The notes: a model not told the origin generated them from the sequence alone. A stretch of 64,000 bases of DNA from an uncultured Lachnospiraceae bacterium (GCA_947632555.1 CANRPU010000013.1:21082-85081), one strand, 5' to 3'. Shown: positions 10,084-22,607, counted from the first letter of the stretch. Numbers and translations are program-made.

Positions 10084-11577
10084 TTACAGAGTAACACCCT
10101 GCTTAAAAATCGCCATATCATGATAGCCCGCTTCCTCGCTGCGGACTTTTCTGCCGGAGGCCACCTCCAGCACATAGTCAAAAAACCGTTTCGCGGTTTC
10201 CTCCGCATCCGCGTCCTCCACCAGTACTCCCGCGTTAAAATCGATCCAGCCGGATTTTTTACCTGCCAGCCTGGAATTGGTAGCAATCTTTACCGTGGGA
10301 ACAGGGGACGCGAAGGGCGTTCCTCTGCCCGTTGTAAAGAGTACGATCTGCGCTCCCGCCGCCGCCAGCGCGGTAGCCGCCACCAGATCGTTGCCCGGAG
10401 CGCTGAGCAGGTTCAGTCCTGCCGTCCGCACCCTTTCCCCGTAAGCCAGCACGCCCCGTACGGGGGAACTGCCGGATTTCTGGGTACAGCCCAGGGATTT
10501 GTCCTCCAGCGTGGAAATACCGCCTTTCTTGTTGCCGGGGGAGGGATTTTCATAGATGGTCTGGTTATGACTGGTAAAATAATTCTTAAAGTCATTGATC
10601 AGCGCCACCGTCTTGTCAAAAAGCTCCCTGTTCTCGCAGCGGTTCATCAGCAGCGTTTCCGCCCCGAACATTTCCGGTACCTCCGTCAGGATGGTGGTGC
10701 CGCCCCTGGCCGTGAGCATATCGGAAAAGCGCCCCACCAGCGGATTGGCCGTAATGCCGGAAAGCCCGTCGCTGCCGCCGCATTTCATACCTACGATCAG
10801 CCTGCTGGTACCTGCTTTCGTGCGGGTAAAGCCTTTCGCGTAGTCGATCAGCTCCCTGCAGACCGCCACGCCGTCCGCCACTTCGTCATCGCACTCCTGC
10901 GCCGTCAGGAAACGAACTCTTTTTTCATCGTATGCTCCGATATATTCCTTTAATACCTCAATATTGCTGTTCTCGCAGCCCAGCCCCAGCACCAGCACGC
11001 CGCCCGCGTTGGGATGGTTGATCAGATCCGCCAGAATGGTGCGGGTATGTTCCTGGTCATCGCCCATCTGGGAGCAGCCGTAGGGATGGGGAAAGGCGAT
11101 CACTTCCTCCACGCTTCCTTCCACATAGGCGTTCGCTTCCTTCGCGATGGCGCTCGCCACGTTGTTGACGCAGCCCACCGTAGGGATCACCCAGATCTCA
11201 TTGCGCACGCCCACTTTGCCGTCCGCGCGCTCAAAGCCCATAAAATACGCTTCTTCCTCCGGTTTGACAGAAACCTCCACCGGCTCGTAGCTGTATTCCA
11301 GCACCTCTCCCAGCGCCGTCTTCACATTGTGGGTGTGAATCCACTGTCCCGCATGGATATCCTCTTTGGCATAGCCGATGCGGAATCCGTATTTGATCAC
11401 TTCGCTGCCGGCGGGTATCTCCCGGATCGCCATTTTGTGCCCGGCAGGTATCTCCTCCAGCGCCGGCACCTTTATTTCCCCGTCTTTGTCCCGCACGGTC
11501 AGCACCGTTCCGGCGCAGATGGTGTTCAGCGCGACGATCACATTGTCATTTTCATGGATTTTTATAAAGTCCTGCAT
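10084..11577 (-). CDS. uxaA: Altronate dehydratase
   Basis: N-terminal SAF domain (IPAGHKMA, IHTHNV) and the motifs HPYGCSQ, KCGGSDG, ENPSPGN and FTTGRGTP. Confidence 0.93.
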   Translation of the reverse strand: MQDFIKIHENDNVIVALNTICAGTVLTVRDKDGEIKVPALEEIPAGHKMAIREIPAGSEVIKYGFRIGYAKEDIHAGQWIHTHNVKTALGEVLEYSYEPVEVSVKPEEEAYFMGFERADGKVGVRNEIWVIPTVGCVNNVASAIAKEANAYVEGSVEEVIAFPHPYGCSQMGDDQEHTRTILADLINHPNAGGVLVLGLGCENSNIEVLKEYIGAYDEKRVRFLTAQECDDEVADGVAVCRELIDYAKGFTRTKAGTSRLIVGMKCGGSDGLSGITANPLVGRFSDMLTARGGTTILTEVPEMFGAETLLMNRCENRELFDKTVALINDFKNYFTSHNQTIYENPSPGNKKGGISTLEDKSLGCTQKSGSSPVRGVLAYGERVRTAGLNLLSAPGNDLVAATALAAAGAQIVLFTTGRGTPFASPVPTVKIATNSRLAGKKSGWIDFNAGVLVEDADAEETAKRFFDYVLEVASGRKVRSEEAGYHDMAIFKQGVTL

Positions 11578-13022
11578 AACGCCGCCCTCATACCGTTTGC
11601 CTTAATGTCATCCAGATAACCGCAGACCGCATCGCAGAGTCCCGCTACCTTGGTCAGATCCTGTCCGTGGAACGCCTCGTTGGAAAGATAGCCCTCCACA
11701 AAGGTTCTGGTATCCTTACCGCTGTTTTCCTTGAAGAATTCCAATACCTGCATATCGTCCATGATCTTGTATTCCTCGCCGTTCCTGTGTCCGATCAGCG
11801 CTTTCTCCCGGATCTCGCTTCCGGTGTAGAACGCCATCAGAGCGGCAATGGAGAAGGTCAGATGTACCGGCAGCTTACCGTATTTCTCCACGTATCCCAA
11901 AAAGCTGGGCAGGCACCTCGCGCGCCACTTGGAAACGGAATTTAAGGAAATGGAGAGCAGCGCGTGTTTTACGTAAGGATTGTTGAAACGGGTGATCACG
12001 GCTTCCGCGAAATCCTTTAATTCCTTCTCCGGCAGCGTCAGCGTGGGGATCACTTCGTCAAAAATGGTCTTCATCATAAAATTGCGGATATCGTCATCCT
12101 GCATGGACTCCAGCACGATATCGTTGCCGGCCAGATAGGACGCCAGCACGAAAGAAGTATGGGCGCCGTTCAGGATACGTACCTTGCGCTGCTTGTAAGG
12201 CTTCTGGTTGTCGGTAAAGATAACGGGCAGCCCCGCATCCGGCAGAGGAAATTCCCCGCTGATATCCTTCGCGCTTTCGATCACCCAGAGTGCGAAAGGT
12301 TCGCCCGTTACCAGGATCCTGTCCTCATAGCCCAGGCTCTCCCAGATGGATTCCACCTCGTCCCTGGGATAGCCGGTAATGATCCGGTCCACCAGCGTGG
12401 AGGTAAAGACGCAGGCTTCGTCCACCCATTTTTTGAAGCCGTCCTCCAGTCCCCAGAGCTCGATCAGCTGCATCACGCATTTCTTTAACATGATGCCGTT
12501 ATCGTCGATGAGCTCTACAGGCAGCATGATCAGCCCCTTGTCCATGGCGCCGTTGAAATGCGTATATCTGGTGTGCAGGAATTTGGTCAGCTTGCCGGGA
12601 AAAGTCATGGGCGGATCCAGTTCAAATTTGTCTTCGGGATTGAACACGATGCCCGCTTCCGTGGTATTGGATACCACAAAACGCAGCGTATCCAGCTTTG
12701 CCAGGTTGTTGTATTTTTCATATTCGCGATAGGTGTCCACAACGTCGGCTACGCTGGTGACCACACGGTTCAATACCTTGGGTTCGCCGTCCACGATGCC
12801 CCGCAGGGATACGGTATACTGGCAGTCCTGCTCATGGAACATATCCAGGCTGCCAAACTCAATGGGTTTGATCAGTACGATGTCACCGTTGAATTTCCCG
12901 GATTCATTGGCTATGTCGATCATATAGTCCACAAATCCGCGAAGGAAATTTCCTTCTCCAAACTGCGCTACTTTTACAGGTCTTTCCTTTTTGCCGCTTA
13001 AAGCTTTGTTCATTCGTTCCAT
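11562..13022 (-). CDS. uxaB: Tagaturonate reductase (altronate oxidoreductase)
   Basis: Motifs QFGEGNFLRGF, SNTTEAGI, TLVDRIITGYP and RKVRILNGAH. Confidence 0.93.
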   Translation of the reverse strand: MERMNKALSGKKERPVKVAQFGEGNFLRGFVDYMIDIANESGKFNGDIVLIKPIEFGSLDMFHEQDCQYTVSLRGIVDGEPKVLNRVVTSVADVVDTYREYEKYNNLAKLDTLRFVVSNTTEAGIVFNPEDKFELDPPMTFPGKLTKFLHTRYTHFNGAMDKGLIMLPVELIDDNGIMLKKCVMQLIELWGLEDGFKKWVDEACVFTSTLVDRIITGYPRDEVESIWESLGYEDRILVTGEPFALWVIESAKDISGEFPLPDAGLPVIFTDNQKPYKQRKVRILNGAHTSFVLASYLAGNDIVLESMQDDDIRNFMMKTIFDEVIPTLTLPEKELKDFAEAVITRFNNPYVKHALLSISLNSVSKWRARCLPSFLGYVEKYGKLPVHLTFSIAALMAFYTGSEIREKALIGHRNGEEYKIMDDMQVLEFFKENSGKDTRTFVEGYLSNEAFHGQDLTKVAGLCDAVCGYLDDIKANGMRAALCRTL

Positions 13023-13093
13023 TTTCCTTCTCCTGACCCTCTCATTCTTTCATTTTTTGTGATACGCCCGTATGCTTCCGCCGCGAGTTATTA

Positions 13094-13107
13094 TGTAAGG
13101 GCTTACA
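13094..13107. promoter_or_regulatory. LacI-family operator downstream of the uxaB promoter
   Basis: Near-perfect palindrome TGTAAG-GG-CTTACA placed just after the -10 element of the minus-strand promoter. Confidence 0.75.
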
Positions 13108-13112
13108 GAAAA

Positions 13113-13141
13113 ATTTTACCTCTTTTTTCCGCTTTCGTCAA
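13113..13141 (-). promoter_or_regulatory. Sigma-A-type promoter for the uxaB operon
   Basis: TTGACG-N17-TAAAAT on the minus strand. Confidence 0.75.
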
Positions 13142-13190
13142 TATCCACATTTTATCCAAAAAGCCAATGCTTTTCTGTGAAAATTTGCTC

Positions 13191-13219
13191 TTGCTTTTAT
13201 TTTTTCCTTCCAGTATAAT
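13191..13219 (+). promoter_or_regulatory. Sigma-A-type promoter for lacI-uxaC
   Basis: TTGCTT-N17-TATAAT. Confidence 0.7.
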
Positions 13220-13235
13220 TTCTTTAGGATTTTTC

Positions 13236-13249
13236 TGAAACCGCTTACA
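13236..13249. promoter_or_regulatory. Second LacI/cre-like operator
   Basis: TGAAACCGCTTACA lies just downstream of the plus-strand promoter and shares the GCTTACA half-site with the first operator. Confidence 0.65.
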
Positions 13250-13268
13250 TTCAGGTGCAGGGATTGAC

Positions 13269-14297
13269 ATGATGACAAATATGACGATTTACGATATTTC
13301 CGAAAAAGCCGGTGTTTCCATCGCTACGGTTTCCCGCGTTTTAAACGGCAGCAGCAGCGTCAGTGAGAAGACCAGAAAAAAAGTACTGGACGTGATGGAC
13401 CGTTACGGTTATACCCCCAACGCTTTCGCGAGAGGGCTGGGGCTCAATACCATGAAAACCATCGGTATCATGTGCGCCGATTCTTCGGATCTGTATCTGG
13501 CCAAGGCGGTCTATTACATCGAGCAGCTCCTGCGCTCCAACGGCTACGACAGCCTCCTCTGCTGCACGGGCTACGACCTGAAGACCAAAGAGCAGTCCAT
13601 GGACCTGCTCATCTCCAAAAAGGTGGACAGCATCATTCTGGTAGGTTCCAATTTTATTTACGAACAGGATTCCGACAACAAATATATCCGGGATGCCGCC
13701 GCCGAAGTACCGGTCATGCTTTTGAACGCGGTGCTGAAGGCGCCCAATGTATACAGTATCGTTTCCGACGATTACGCTTCCATGCGCGAGGCCGCCTCGC
13801 AGATGATCGCTTCCGGCAGGAAGGATATTCTCTACTTTTATAATTCCGCCTCCTACAGCGGCAGGCGCAAGCTGGCCGGTTACCGGGCCGCGATGCGCGA
13901 AGCCGGTCTGCTGCGGGAAAACGGTCTTCTGCAGTTTTACACCGGTTCCCACGAGGATATCCACGCCATGGCCGGACAGCTTGAAAAAGTAAAAAGCGAA
14001 GGCCTTTTTTTCAACGGCGTTATCGCCGCTGATGACAACCTGGCGCTTGGAGCCGTCAAATACGCCCAAAAGAACGGGCTGAAGATACCGGAAGAGCTCT
14101 CTGTCATCGGTTACAACAACTCGCTGCTCACCACCTGCTGCGATCCGGAGCTGACTTCCATCGACAATAAGCTGGAAACGCTCTGCCAGCATCTGACCGC
14201 CACGCTGATGGGCGTCCTGAACGGCGAAAAAATGCCTGAGGAAGCTGTTTTCTCCGGGGAGATCATCCATCGGGGCACCACGCTCCTGCAATCATAA
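13269..14297 (+). CDS. LacI-family transcriptional regulator (uronate locus)
   Basis: HTH sequence TIYDISEKAGVSIATVSRVLN, hinge YTPNAFARGL, and a C-terminal sugar-binding domain. Confidence 0.92.
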   Translation: MMTNMTIYDISEKAGVSIATVSRVLNGSSSVSEKTRKKVLDVMDRYGYTPNAFARGLGLNTMKTIGIMCADSSDLYLAKAVYYIEQLLRSNGYDSLLCCTGYDLKTKEQSMDLLISKKVDSIILVGSNFIYEQDSDNKYIRDAAAEVPVMLLNAVLKAPNVYSIVSDDYASMREAASQMIASGRKDILYFYNSASYSGRRKLAGYRAAMREAGLLRENGLLQFYTGSHEDIHAMAGQLEKVKSEGLFFNGVIAADDNLALGAVKYAQKNGLKIPEELSVIGYNNSLLTTCCDPELTSIDNKLETLCQHLTATLMGVLNGEKMPEEAVFSGEIIHRGTTLLQS

Positions 14298-14316
14298 TAA
14301 AAACGGAGGTAATGCA

Positions 14317-15726
14317 ATGAAAACTTTTATGGACAAGGATTTTCTACTGGACAATGACACCGCCAAAACCCTTTTTCACGATTACGCGGAAAAGACCCCG
14401 GTTTTGGATTACCACTGCCACATCAATCCCAGGGAGATCGCGGAAGACCGCAGATTCGACAATATCACGCAGGTCTGGCTGGGCGGCGATCATTATAAAT
14501 GGCGTTTCATGCGCTCCTGCGGCGTAGACGAAAAATATATTACCGGGGACGCTTCCGACAAGGAAAAATTCCTGAAATGGGCGGAGTGCCTGGGCAAGGC
14601 CATCGGCAATCCCCTGTATCACTGGAGCCATCTGGAGCTGCAGCGGTATTTCGGCTACCACGGCACGCTGAACAAGAATACCGCGGAGGAGGTCTGGGAT
14701 CTGTGCAACGCGAAGCTGGCGGAGCCGTCCATGAGCGTGCGCAGCATCATCCGCAACTCCAACGTAACCCTGATCTGCACCACCGACGATCCTGTGGACA
14801 GCCTGGAATGGCATAAAAAGATTGCGGAGGATCCTTCTTTTACCGTGAAGGTGCTTCCCGCGTGGCGTCCCGATAAGGCCATGAACATTGAAAAGCCCGA
14901 TTATCTGGACTACCTGGAAAAACTGGCCGCCGTCACGGACGTACCGGAGATCGCCACCTTTGAAGCGTTAAAGGAAGCCCTGAAAAAACGTATGGCGTTT
15001 TTCGCTTCCATGGGCTGCAACGTATCCGACCACGCGCTGGAATACGTAATGTACTGTCCCGCCTCCGAAGATGACGTAGAAGCCATCTTTCTGAAAAGGC
15101 GCAACCGCATTCCTCTTACCAAAGAAGAAGAACTGAAATTCAAGACCGCCTTCATGCTCTTTGTAGGCGAGCAGTACCACGATCTGGATTGGGCTATGCA
15201 GCTGCATTACGGCTGCAAACGCGACAACAACACCCTGATGTATGAGAAATTAGGTCCCGATACCGGGTACGACTGCATCAACAACTACGCGCCCAGCTCC
15301 CAGATGGCGGACTTTTTAAACGCGTTAAACCAAAACGACAAACTGCCCCGCACGGTGATCTATTCCTTAAACCCCCACGACAACCAGGCCATCGGCACCA
15401 TTCTGGGATGCTTCCAGGATTCCACGGCGGCCGCCAAGATACAGCAGGGCAGCGCGTGGTGGTTCAATGACCACAAAACCGGTATGATCGAGCAGATGAC
15501 CTCCCTGGCGAACCTGGGGAACCTTTCCGGTTTCGTCGGTATGCTGACCGATTCCAGAAGCTTCCTGTCCTATACCAGGCATGAATATTTCCGCCGCATC
15601 CTCTGCAACCTGCTGGGGACCTGGGTGGAAAACGGGGAATTTCCCGCGGACATGGATACGCTCGCTGAGATCGTAACGGATATTTCCTACAATAACGCGA
15701 AACGGTACTTTAAATTTCCCCTGTAG
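14317..15726 (+). CDS. uxaC: Glucuronate/uronate isomerase
   Basis: Motifs DYHCHINP, WLGGDHYKWR, TTDDP, GSAWWFND and LTDSRSFLSY.RHEYFRR. Confidence 0.96.
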   Translation: MKTFMDKDFLLDNDTAKTLFHDYAEKTPVLDYHCHINPREIAEDRRFDNITQVWLGGDHYKWRFMRSCGVDEKYITGDASDKEKFLKWAECLGKAIGNPLYHWSHLELQRYFGYHGTLNKNTAEEVWDLCNAKLAEPSMSVRSIIRNSNVTLICTTDDPVDSLEWHKKIAEDPSFTVKVLPAWRPDKAMNIEKPDYLDYLEKLAAVTDVPEIATFEALKEALKKRMAFFASMGCNVSDHALEYVMYCPASEDDVEAIFLKRRNRIPLTKEEELKFKTAFMLFVGEQYHDLDWAMQLHYGCKRDNNTLMYEKLGPDTGYDCINNYAPSSQMADFLNALNQNDKLPRTVIYSLNPHDNQAIGTILGCFQDSTAAAKIQQGSAWWFNDHKTGMIEQMTSLANLGNLSGFVGMLTDSRSFLSYTRHEYFRRILCNLLGTWVENGEFPADMDTLAEIVTDISYNNAKRYFKFPL

Positions 15727-15758
15727 GGAACAGTCCTTTCCGTAACATAAACATAAAG

Positions 15759-15790
15759 ACAGCCGGCAAAGCGATGGCTCTGCCGGCTGT
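15759..15790. terminator. Probable bidirectional intrinsic terminator
   Basis: Stem ACAGCCGGCA/TGCCGGCTGT lies between the convergent uxaC and nitroreductase genes. Confidence 0.7.
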
Positions 15791-15805
15791 TTGTCTGATC
15801 TTCTC

Positions 15806-16336
15806 TTACAGCCTGGTCACGTTTTTCTCCCAGCTGTATTCATGGGGTTCCTTTTCCGTCCCCTTATGTCCCAGCGCTATGGCGATCTGAAATTCAAAAC
15901 CTGCCGGGAACCGCAGGGCTTTGGCAAAATAATCCTTCTTTTCTCCCCGCATGGCATCCTTGATGCAGCCGATGATCAGACTGCCCAGTCCCATGCTCTC
16001 CGCGGCCAGCGCGATATTCTCCACCGCGATGCCGGCATCCAGCGGGCTCCAGAAAAAGTTCTCGTCCGCGCTTAACAAAAGCACCGTGGGCGCTTCGTAA
16101 TAAAAGTTATGCGGCGGATCTTCAATTCCCCGCTCTTTGTTCTTTACGTCCTCGATCTCCCGCAGAATGGGATTGCTCCCATCCACTACGGTGATATGGA
16201 TCTCCTGTTTGTTGGCCGCCGTAGGCGCCTGCAGCCCGGCCAGGATCAGCTGCTTTAGTTCTTCTTCCGTCAGTTTTTCCCCGGTATAGCCCCGGGTGGA
16301 GCTTCTTTTCGCGATACTGTTCAGCACTTCATTCAT
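15806..16336 (-). CDS. Nitroreductase-family protein
   Basis: Motifs KRSSTRGY, APTAANKQ and DAGIAVENIALAAESMGLGS. Confidence 0.88.
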   Translation of the reverse strand: MNEVLNSIAKRSSTRGYTGEKLTEEELKQLILAGLQAPTAANKQEIHITVVDGSNPILREIEDVKNKERGIEDPPHNFYYEAPTVLLLSADENFFWSPLDAGIAVENIALAAESMGLGSLIIGCIKDAMRGEKKDYFAKALRFPAGFEFQIAIALGHKGTEKEPHEYSWEKNVTRL

Positions 16337-16376
16337 GACAGGATCCCCCTTTTCCTTCTTAATATTCTTTTACATT

Positions 16377-17444
16377 TTAATATTCTTTTACTTTTTCTTC
16401 TCCGTTCATCACGCGCAGAGCGCCCTGAGCCAGAGCCAGCAGCTCATCCTCTCCCGGATACACCGTAAAAGGCGCGATCCAGCCGGCTTTTTCCTTCAGG
16501 CTGGCGATCACGTCCTCCCCGTAGGCGATGCCGCCGGTAGCGATGATCTGATCCACCTTTCCTTCCAGCACGCAGGCCATGGAACCGATATCCTTGGCCA
16601 CCTGATACAGAAAGGCCTCCTTTACTTCCGCCGCGTGAGCGTCACCCTCGTTGGCCATTCTGGTCACGATACGCATATCGTTGGTGCCCAGATAAGCGTT
16701 AAAGCCGCCCTTGCCCACCAGTTTGCCGTATACCTCTTTCTCCGTATATCTGCCGGAAAAACACATTTTTACCAGAGCGCCGGAAGGTACCGCGCCGGCT
16801 CTCTCGGGAGAAAACGCGCCGTCACCGTCCAGCGCGTTGAATACATCCACTACCTTTCCGTTCACATGGGCGCCTACGGACACGCCGCCGCCCATATGCA
16901 CCACGATCAGACGCAGGGACTCGTAGGGTTTTCCCACCTCCCTGGCGTATCTCTTAGCCACCGCTTTCTGGTTCAGCGCGTGAAATACGCTGGTACGGGG
17001 CAGTTCCGGCACACCGGAATACCTGGCCACGTCCTGCAGCTCGTCTACCACCACGGGATCCACGATATAGGAAGGGATTCCCAGTTCGTCCCCGATCTCC
17101 TTTGCCAGGATGCCTCCCAGATTGGAAGCGTGCTGTCCCTGCCTGCCCCGGATCAGATCCTGCAGCAGTTCTTCCGTTACCGCGTAGGTCCCGCCGGGAA
17201 TGGGTTTCAGCATTCCGCCCCTTCCCACCACGACGTTCAGGGACTTTAGATCAAACTGCTTTTTCTCCAGCAGCCCGGTAATGATCTGTTTACGGAAATC
17301 CTTCTGGTCCACAATGGAGGCGTAACGGGAGATCTCCTCCGTGCTGTGCCTCAAGGTTTCCTCAAACAACAGGGTTTCATCCTCAAATACGCCTATCTTG
17401 GTAGAGGTGGAACCGGGATTGATGATCAAACTCTTTACTGACAT
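16377..17444 (-). CDS. buk: Butyrate kinase (branched-chain acyl kinase family)
   Basis: Motifs [35 protein letters not shown] and HMGGG. Confidence 0.92.
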   Translation of the reverse strand: MSVKSLIINPGSTSTKIGVFEDETLLFEETLRHSTEEISRYASIVDQKDFRKQIITGLLEKKQFDLKSLNVVVGRGGMLKPIPGGTYAVTEELLQDLIRGRQGQHASNLGGILAKEIGDELGIPSYIVDPVVVDELQDVARYSGVPELPRTSVFHALNQKAVAKRYAREVGKPYESLRLIVVHMGGGVSVGAHVNGKVVDVFNALDGDGAFSPERAGAVPSGALVKMCFSGRYTEKEVYGKLVGKGGFNAYLGTNDMRIVTRMANEGDAHAAEVKEAFLYQVAKDIGSMACVLEGKVDQIIATGGIAYGEDVIASLKEKAGWIAPFTVYPGEDELLALAQGALRVMNGEEKVKEY

Positions 17445-17479
17445 TTTCTTTTCCTCCGGACATTTATCTGTTCTTAGTT

Positions 17480-18403
17480 TTATTTGTTCTTATTCATCTC
17501 TTCCGCTACCACCGCGGCCAAAGCCATGGAATTGACCTTGGTTTCAAACGTGTCGGAGCGGCTGGTCAGGATAACGGGAACCTTGGTCCCGGTCAGGATA
17601 CAGCCGTTCTTGACGCCGGGTACCATGTGCACAATGGCCTTATAGGTCAGATTGCCCGCGTGGATGTCGGGGAAGAGCAGAATATCCGCATCGCCCTGGA
17701 TCTTCCTGCCCGTGGCTCCTTTATGCTTCGCCGCTTCCGGATCCACCGCCAGATCTAAGGACAGCGGTCCGTCGATCACGCAGCCTGTGATCTCCCCCGC
17801 TTCATTCATACGGGTGAGTTCCGCCGCGTCCAGCGTCGCGGGCATCTTGGGATTGACTACCTCCACCGCGGCCAGAGGAGCCACCTTGGGACAGTCAATG
17901 CCGCAGGCCTTAGCCACCGGCAGCGTATTTTGGATAATATGTACTTTGTCTTCCAGCGTGGGATAGGTCATGAAAGCCACGTCGGTCAGAAACAGAAGCT
18001 GGTCAATGGCGGGAATGTCAAACACGCAGACATGGGAAAGCACCCCGCCGGTGCGCAGTCCCACTTCCTTGTCCAGCACGCTCTTCAAAAAATTCTTGGT
18101 ATCGATCAGGCCCTTCATATACATATCGGCCCTGCCTTCATGCGCCAGCTTTACGGCCTTTAAGGACGCCTGGATCATATCCGGCTCGTCAATGATCTCA
18201 TACCCGGTCAGATCCATACCGATAGAGGAAGCGATCTCACGGATCCTGGCTTCGTCACCCACCAGAATGGCCTCCGCGATGCCTTTTCTCTTCGCTTCCG
18301 CCACCGCCTCCAGGACCGCTTCGTCCTGCGCTACGGAAACGGCTACCTTTTTCATGCCGCATTCGTTTACTTTCGCGATCAGTTCATCAAACCCTTTTTT
18401 CAT
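17480..18403 (-). CDS. ptb: Phosphate butyryltransferase
   Basis: Motifs MKGLIDT, DGPLSLD and ILTSRSD, and adjacency to buk. Start set at MKKGFDEL after GGAGG. Confidence 0.88.
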   Translation of the reverse strand: MKKGFDELIAKVNECGMKKVAVSVAQDEAVLEAVAEAKRKGIAEAILVGDEARIREIASSIGMDLTGYEIIDEPDMIQASLKAVKLAHEGRADMYMKGLIDTKNFLKSVLDKEVGLRTGGVLSHVCVFDIPAIDQLLFLTDVAFMTYPTLEDKVHIIQNTLPVAKACGIDCPKVAPLAAVEVVNPKMPATLDAAELTRMNEAGEITGCVIDGPLSLDLAVDPEAAKHKGATGRKIQGDADILLFPDIHAGNLTYKAIVHMVPGVKNGCILTGTKVPVILTSRSDTFETKVNSMALAAVVAEEMNKNK

Positions 18404-18504
18404 ATTTATACCTCCGGCGCGCCTCAGCGCGCGCACTCGTCAATATTTTCTCCATTTTGCCGCCAGAACGGCTTTTTCCTTCCCTGCTCCGCAGAGTTCC
18501 TTCA

Positions 18505-20029
<1,525 letters not shown>

Positions 20030-20057
20030 GCCTGGACGGCTCCGGGTTTCTTCCCCG

Positions 20058-20561
20058 TCAGTCCAGAAATACCTTGCGCGGGCTCACGCTCCTGACCGCC
20101 TTGACCAGCTCCTCGCTGGGGCTTAAGATGATCTTCTGATTTCCGTCGTAATACATGACATACCGCTTATCCGGCTGCTCTTCCCTGCCAATGCTGTAAT
20201 CCGTCACTTTCCCGGCGCGGTTTTTGTACTGATCCAGGTGATAGGAACGGATGGGAGCCAGTATCTCCATGCGCTCCACCTCAAAAGAAGCGACCTTCTT
20301 TCTTCTGGTCTGAGCCTTGATCTTGTCTATGGAGATCTCCTTGTCCAGATACAGATATTCATATTCAATATACGCGTTCAGATGCGCCAGGTACGCCCCC
20401 AGCCCGGTAAGCAGGGCGATCAGCAGGGGAATCCCGTAGGCGAAGCCTACCAGCCCCAGCAGTCCGAATACCGCCGTGAGCATGATCAGTACAAACTTGA
20501 TCAGCCTGCCTATCAGGGAAGGTTCCTTTGTTACCAGACATTCCACATATGTTTCGCTCAT
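20058..20561 (-). CDS. Conserved membrane protein (DUF6106-like)
   Basis: Two N-terminal TM helices followed by IEYEYLYLDKEISIDKI. Confidence 0.6.
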   Translation of the reverse strand: MSETYVECLVTKEPSLIGRLIKFVLIMLTAVFGLLGLVGFAYGIPLLIALLTGLGAYLAHLNAYIEYEYLYLDKEISIDKIKAQTRRKKVASFEVERMEILAPIRSYHLDQYKNRAGKVTDYSIGREEQPDKRYVMYYDGNQKIILSPSEELVKAVRSVSPRKVFLD

Positions 20562-20582
20562 GTTTTCCTCACATTCCGCCGG

Positions 20583-22607
20583 TCACATCCGCTCGAATAC
20601 CGGCATGTACTCAATAGGCGCGGCTGCCTTTACCACAGCGCCTCCCTGCAGGATCTCCCCTGTGGAGGTCAGCTTCCACTTTCCTTCAGGCAGATACACC
20701 TCCCGCTCATACTGATCCAGATACAGGATCGGCGCCACCAGATACCTGCTGCCGAACATATACTGATCCTGCAGTTCCCAGCATTTCTCGTCTTCGGGGA
20801 ACTCATAGAACATGGTCCTGATCAGAGGAGAACCGTTGGTATGCGCCTCCTCATAAAGCTCCTTGATATAGTCGCGCATGGAAAGACGGATATCCAGGTA
20901 CTTCTTCATAATGGCGTAATTTTCTTCCCCGTAGCTCCAAAGTTCATTGGGCTGCCCGGTATGCAGATAACCGCCGCCCCAGTCCCTGGTGTCTAAAGGC
21001 GGAATATTGTAAGGGCCTCTGTCCCCGTGCATACGCAGCACCGCGGAATAGACGGCGAACTGATACCATCTGATCAGAAGCTGCCTGAAATCCGGGTCAT
21101 TTACGTCATCCGTCATAAAGCCGCCGATATCGGTAGTCCACCAGGGGATCCCCGCGAGGCCCATGTTCAGGCCGCACTGCAGCTGATCCCGGAAAGCCTC
21201 GAAGGTGCTGGGCACATCGCCGGACCATATCACATTGCCGTATTTCTGGGAACCCGCCCACGCGCAGCGGAGCAGATTCACCACAGGGCCTTTGCCCAGC
21301 CTGCTCATTTCATCATAAAACACCCTGCTGTACATCTGGGGATATATGTTGCTGACCTCCAGAGCGGGTCCCGCGCAGTAACGGTAATTTTCAAAATCAT
21401 AAACGCCGTAATCCGGCTCGGAGTTGTCCAGCCAGAAAGCGTCAATGCCATAATCATAATAATTCTTTTTGCAGACCTCCCAGACATATTTTCTGGTTTC
21501 GGGATTAAAGGGATCGATCTCCACGCAGTCACCCTGATAGTCGTAGGTCTGCGCCGCGCCTCTTTCCGTTTTGATCAGCAGTCCCCGCTCCATCATGGGG
21601 CCGAAGTTTTCGCTCTTTCTGTCCACGGAAGGCCAGATGGAAACAATGACCCTGATCCCCATGGAATGCAGTTCGTCTACCATGGCCTTGGGATCCGGCC
21701 AGTATTTTTCATCAAATTTCCAGTCACCCTGCACGGTCCAGTGGAAGAAATCAATGACTATCTGGTCGATCTTGATCCCCTCTTTCTGATACTGGCGGGC
21801 AACGCTCAGGACCTCGTCCTGCGTTCTGTAGCGCAGTTTGCACTGCCATAAGCCCATAAGGTTTTCCGGGAACATATCCGCGTGCCCGGTAACCTCGGTA
21901 TAATTGGCAAGTATCTGCCGGGGGGCATCCCCGGCCGTGATCCAGTAATCCATCTCCCGGGTGGATCTTGCCACCCACTCGGTATAGTTCTTGCCGAAGG
22001 TCACATGCCCTACCGCCGGATTGTTCCATAAGAAACCGTACCCCAGGGAAGATACCGCAAAGGGAACGGAAATCTGGGAATTGCGCTGAGCCAGTTCCAG
22101 CGTACAGCCCTTAAGATCCAGATAGGGCTGCTGGTACTGCCCCATACCGAAGATTTTTTCCCCGTCATTGCTGTCAAACTTCAGTGTCAGGGCGTATTCG
22201 CTGCCGCCGATGATCCCCTTCCATTCCCGGTTGACCACTTTCAGACAGCGGCTCCCTCTGGAAAGCGTACCGTCGTAGGAACGGTAATACTCGCGCAGGA
22301 TCAGCTTGTCATCTCTGTAAAAGGAAATGATCCCCTTAAAGTTCACCGTGGCCTTCAGCCGTCCGTTTTCAATGACCGCTATCTCCCTGGTGTCCACGGT
22401 CCCGTCACCAACCCAGTGCTCTTCCGTGTCTACGCGGATCTGGGGGGTACACCGCGCCGGCTCCTCCGTCAGCGCCCACCTGTTTTCCGTAAAGCTCCCC
22501 TGCATGGTGGCGCGCACCCGCAGAGAATCCTTTCCCCACGCTTCAATCCTGCCTATTTCACCCTGCTGATAAAAAACCAGGGCGCCGTTTTCAATCGAAA
22601 ATTTCAT
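20583..22607 (-). CDS. GH31 glycoside hydrolase (alpha-xylosidase-like)
   Basis: Motifs VIDFFHW, FWLDNSEPD, WSGDV and WTTDIGGF. Confidence 0.9.
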   Translation of the reverse strand: MKFSIENGALVFYQQGEIGRIEAWGKDSLRVRATMQGSFTENRWALTEEPARCTPQIRVDTEEHWVGDGTVDTREIAVIENGRLKATVNFKGIISFYRDDKLILREYYRSYDGTLSRGSRCLKVVNREWKGIIGGSEYALTLKFDSNDGEKIFGMGQYQQPYLDLKGCTLELAQRNSQISVPFAVSSLGYGFLWNNPAVGHVTFGKNYTEWVARSTREMDYWITAGDAPRQILANYTEVTGHADMFPENLMGLWQCKLRYRTQDEVLSVARQYQKEGIKIDQIVIDFFHWTVQGDWKFDEKYWPDPKAMVDELHSMGIRVIVSIWPSVDRKSENFGPMMERGLLIKTERGAAQTYDYQGDCVEIDPFNPETRKYVWEVCKKNYYDYGIDAFWLDNSEPDYGVYDFENYRYCAGPALEVSNIYPQMYSRVFYDEMSRLGKGPVVNLLRCAWAGSQKYGNVIWSGDVPSTFEAFRDQLQCGLNMGLAGIPWWTTDIGGFMTDDVNDPDFRQLLIRWYQFAVYSAVLRMHGDRGPYNIPPLDTRDWGGGYLHTGQPNELWSYGEENYAIMKKYLDIRLSMRDYIKELYEEAHTNGSPLIRTMFYEFPEDEKCWELQDQYMFGSRYLVAPILYLDQYEREVYLPEGKWKLTSTGEILQGGAVVKAAAPIEYMPVFERM

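Noticed and set aside
16377-18403. Proof that the organism produces butyrate
   Set aside because: ptb-buk homologues also handle branched-chain acyl-CoAs, and the upstream butyryl-CoA pathway is not in this window.
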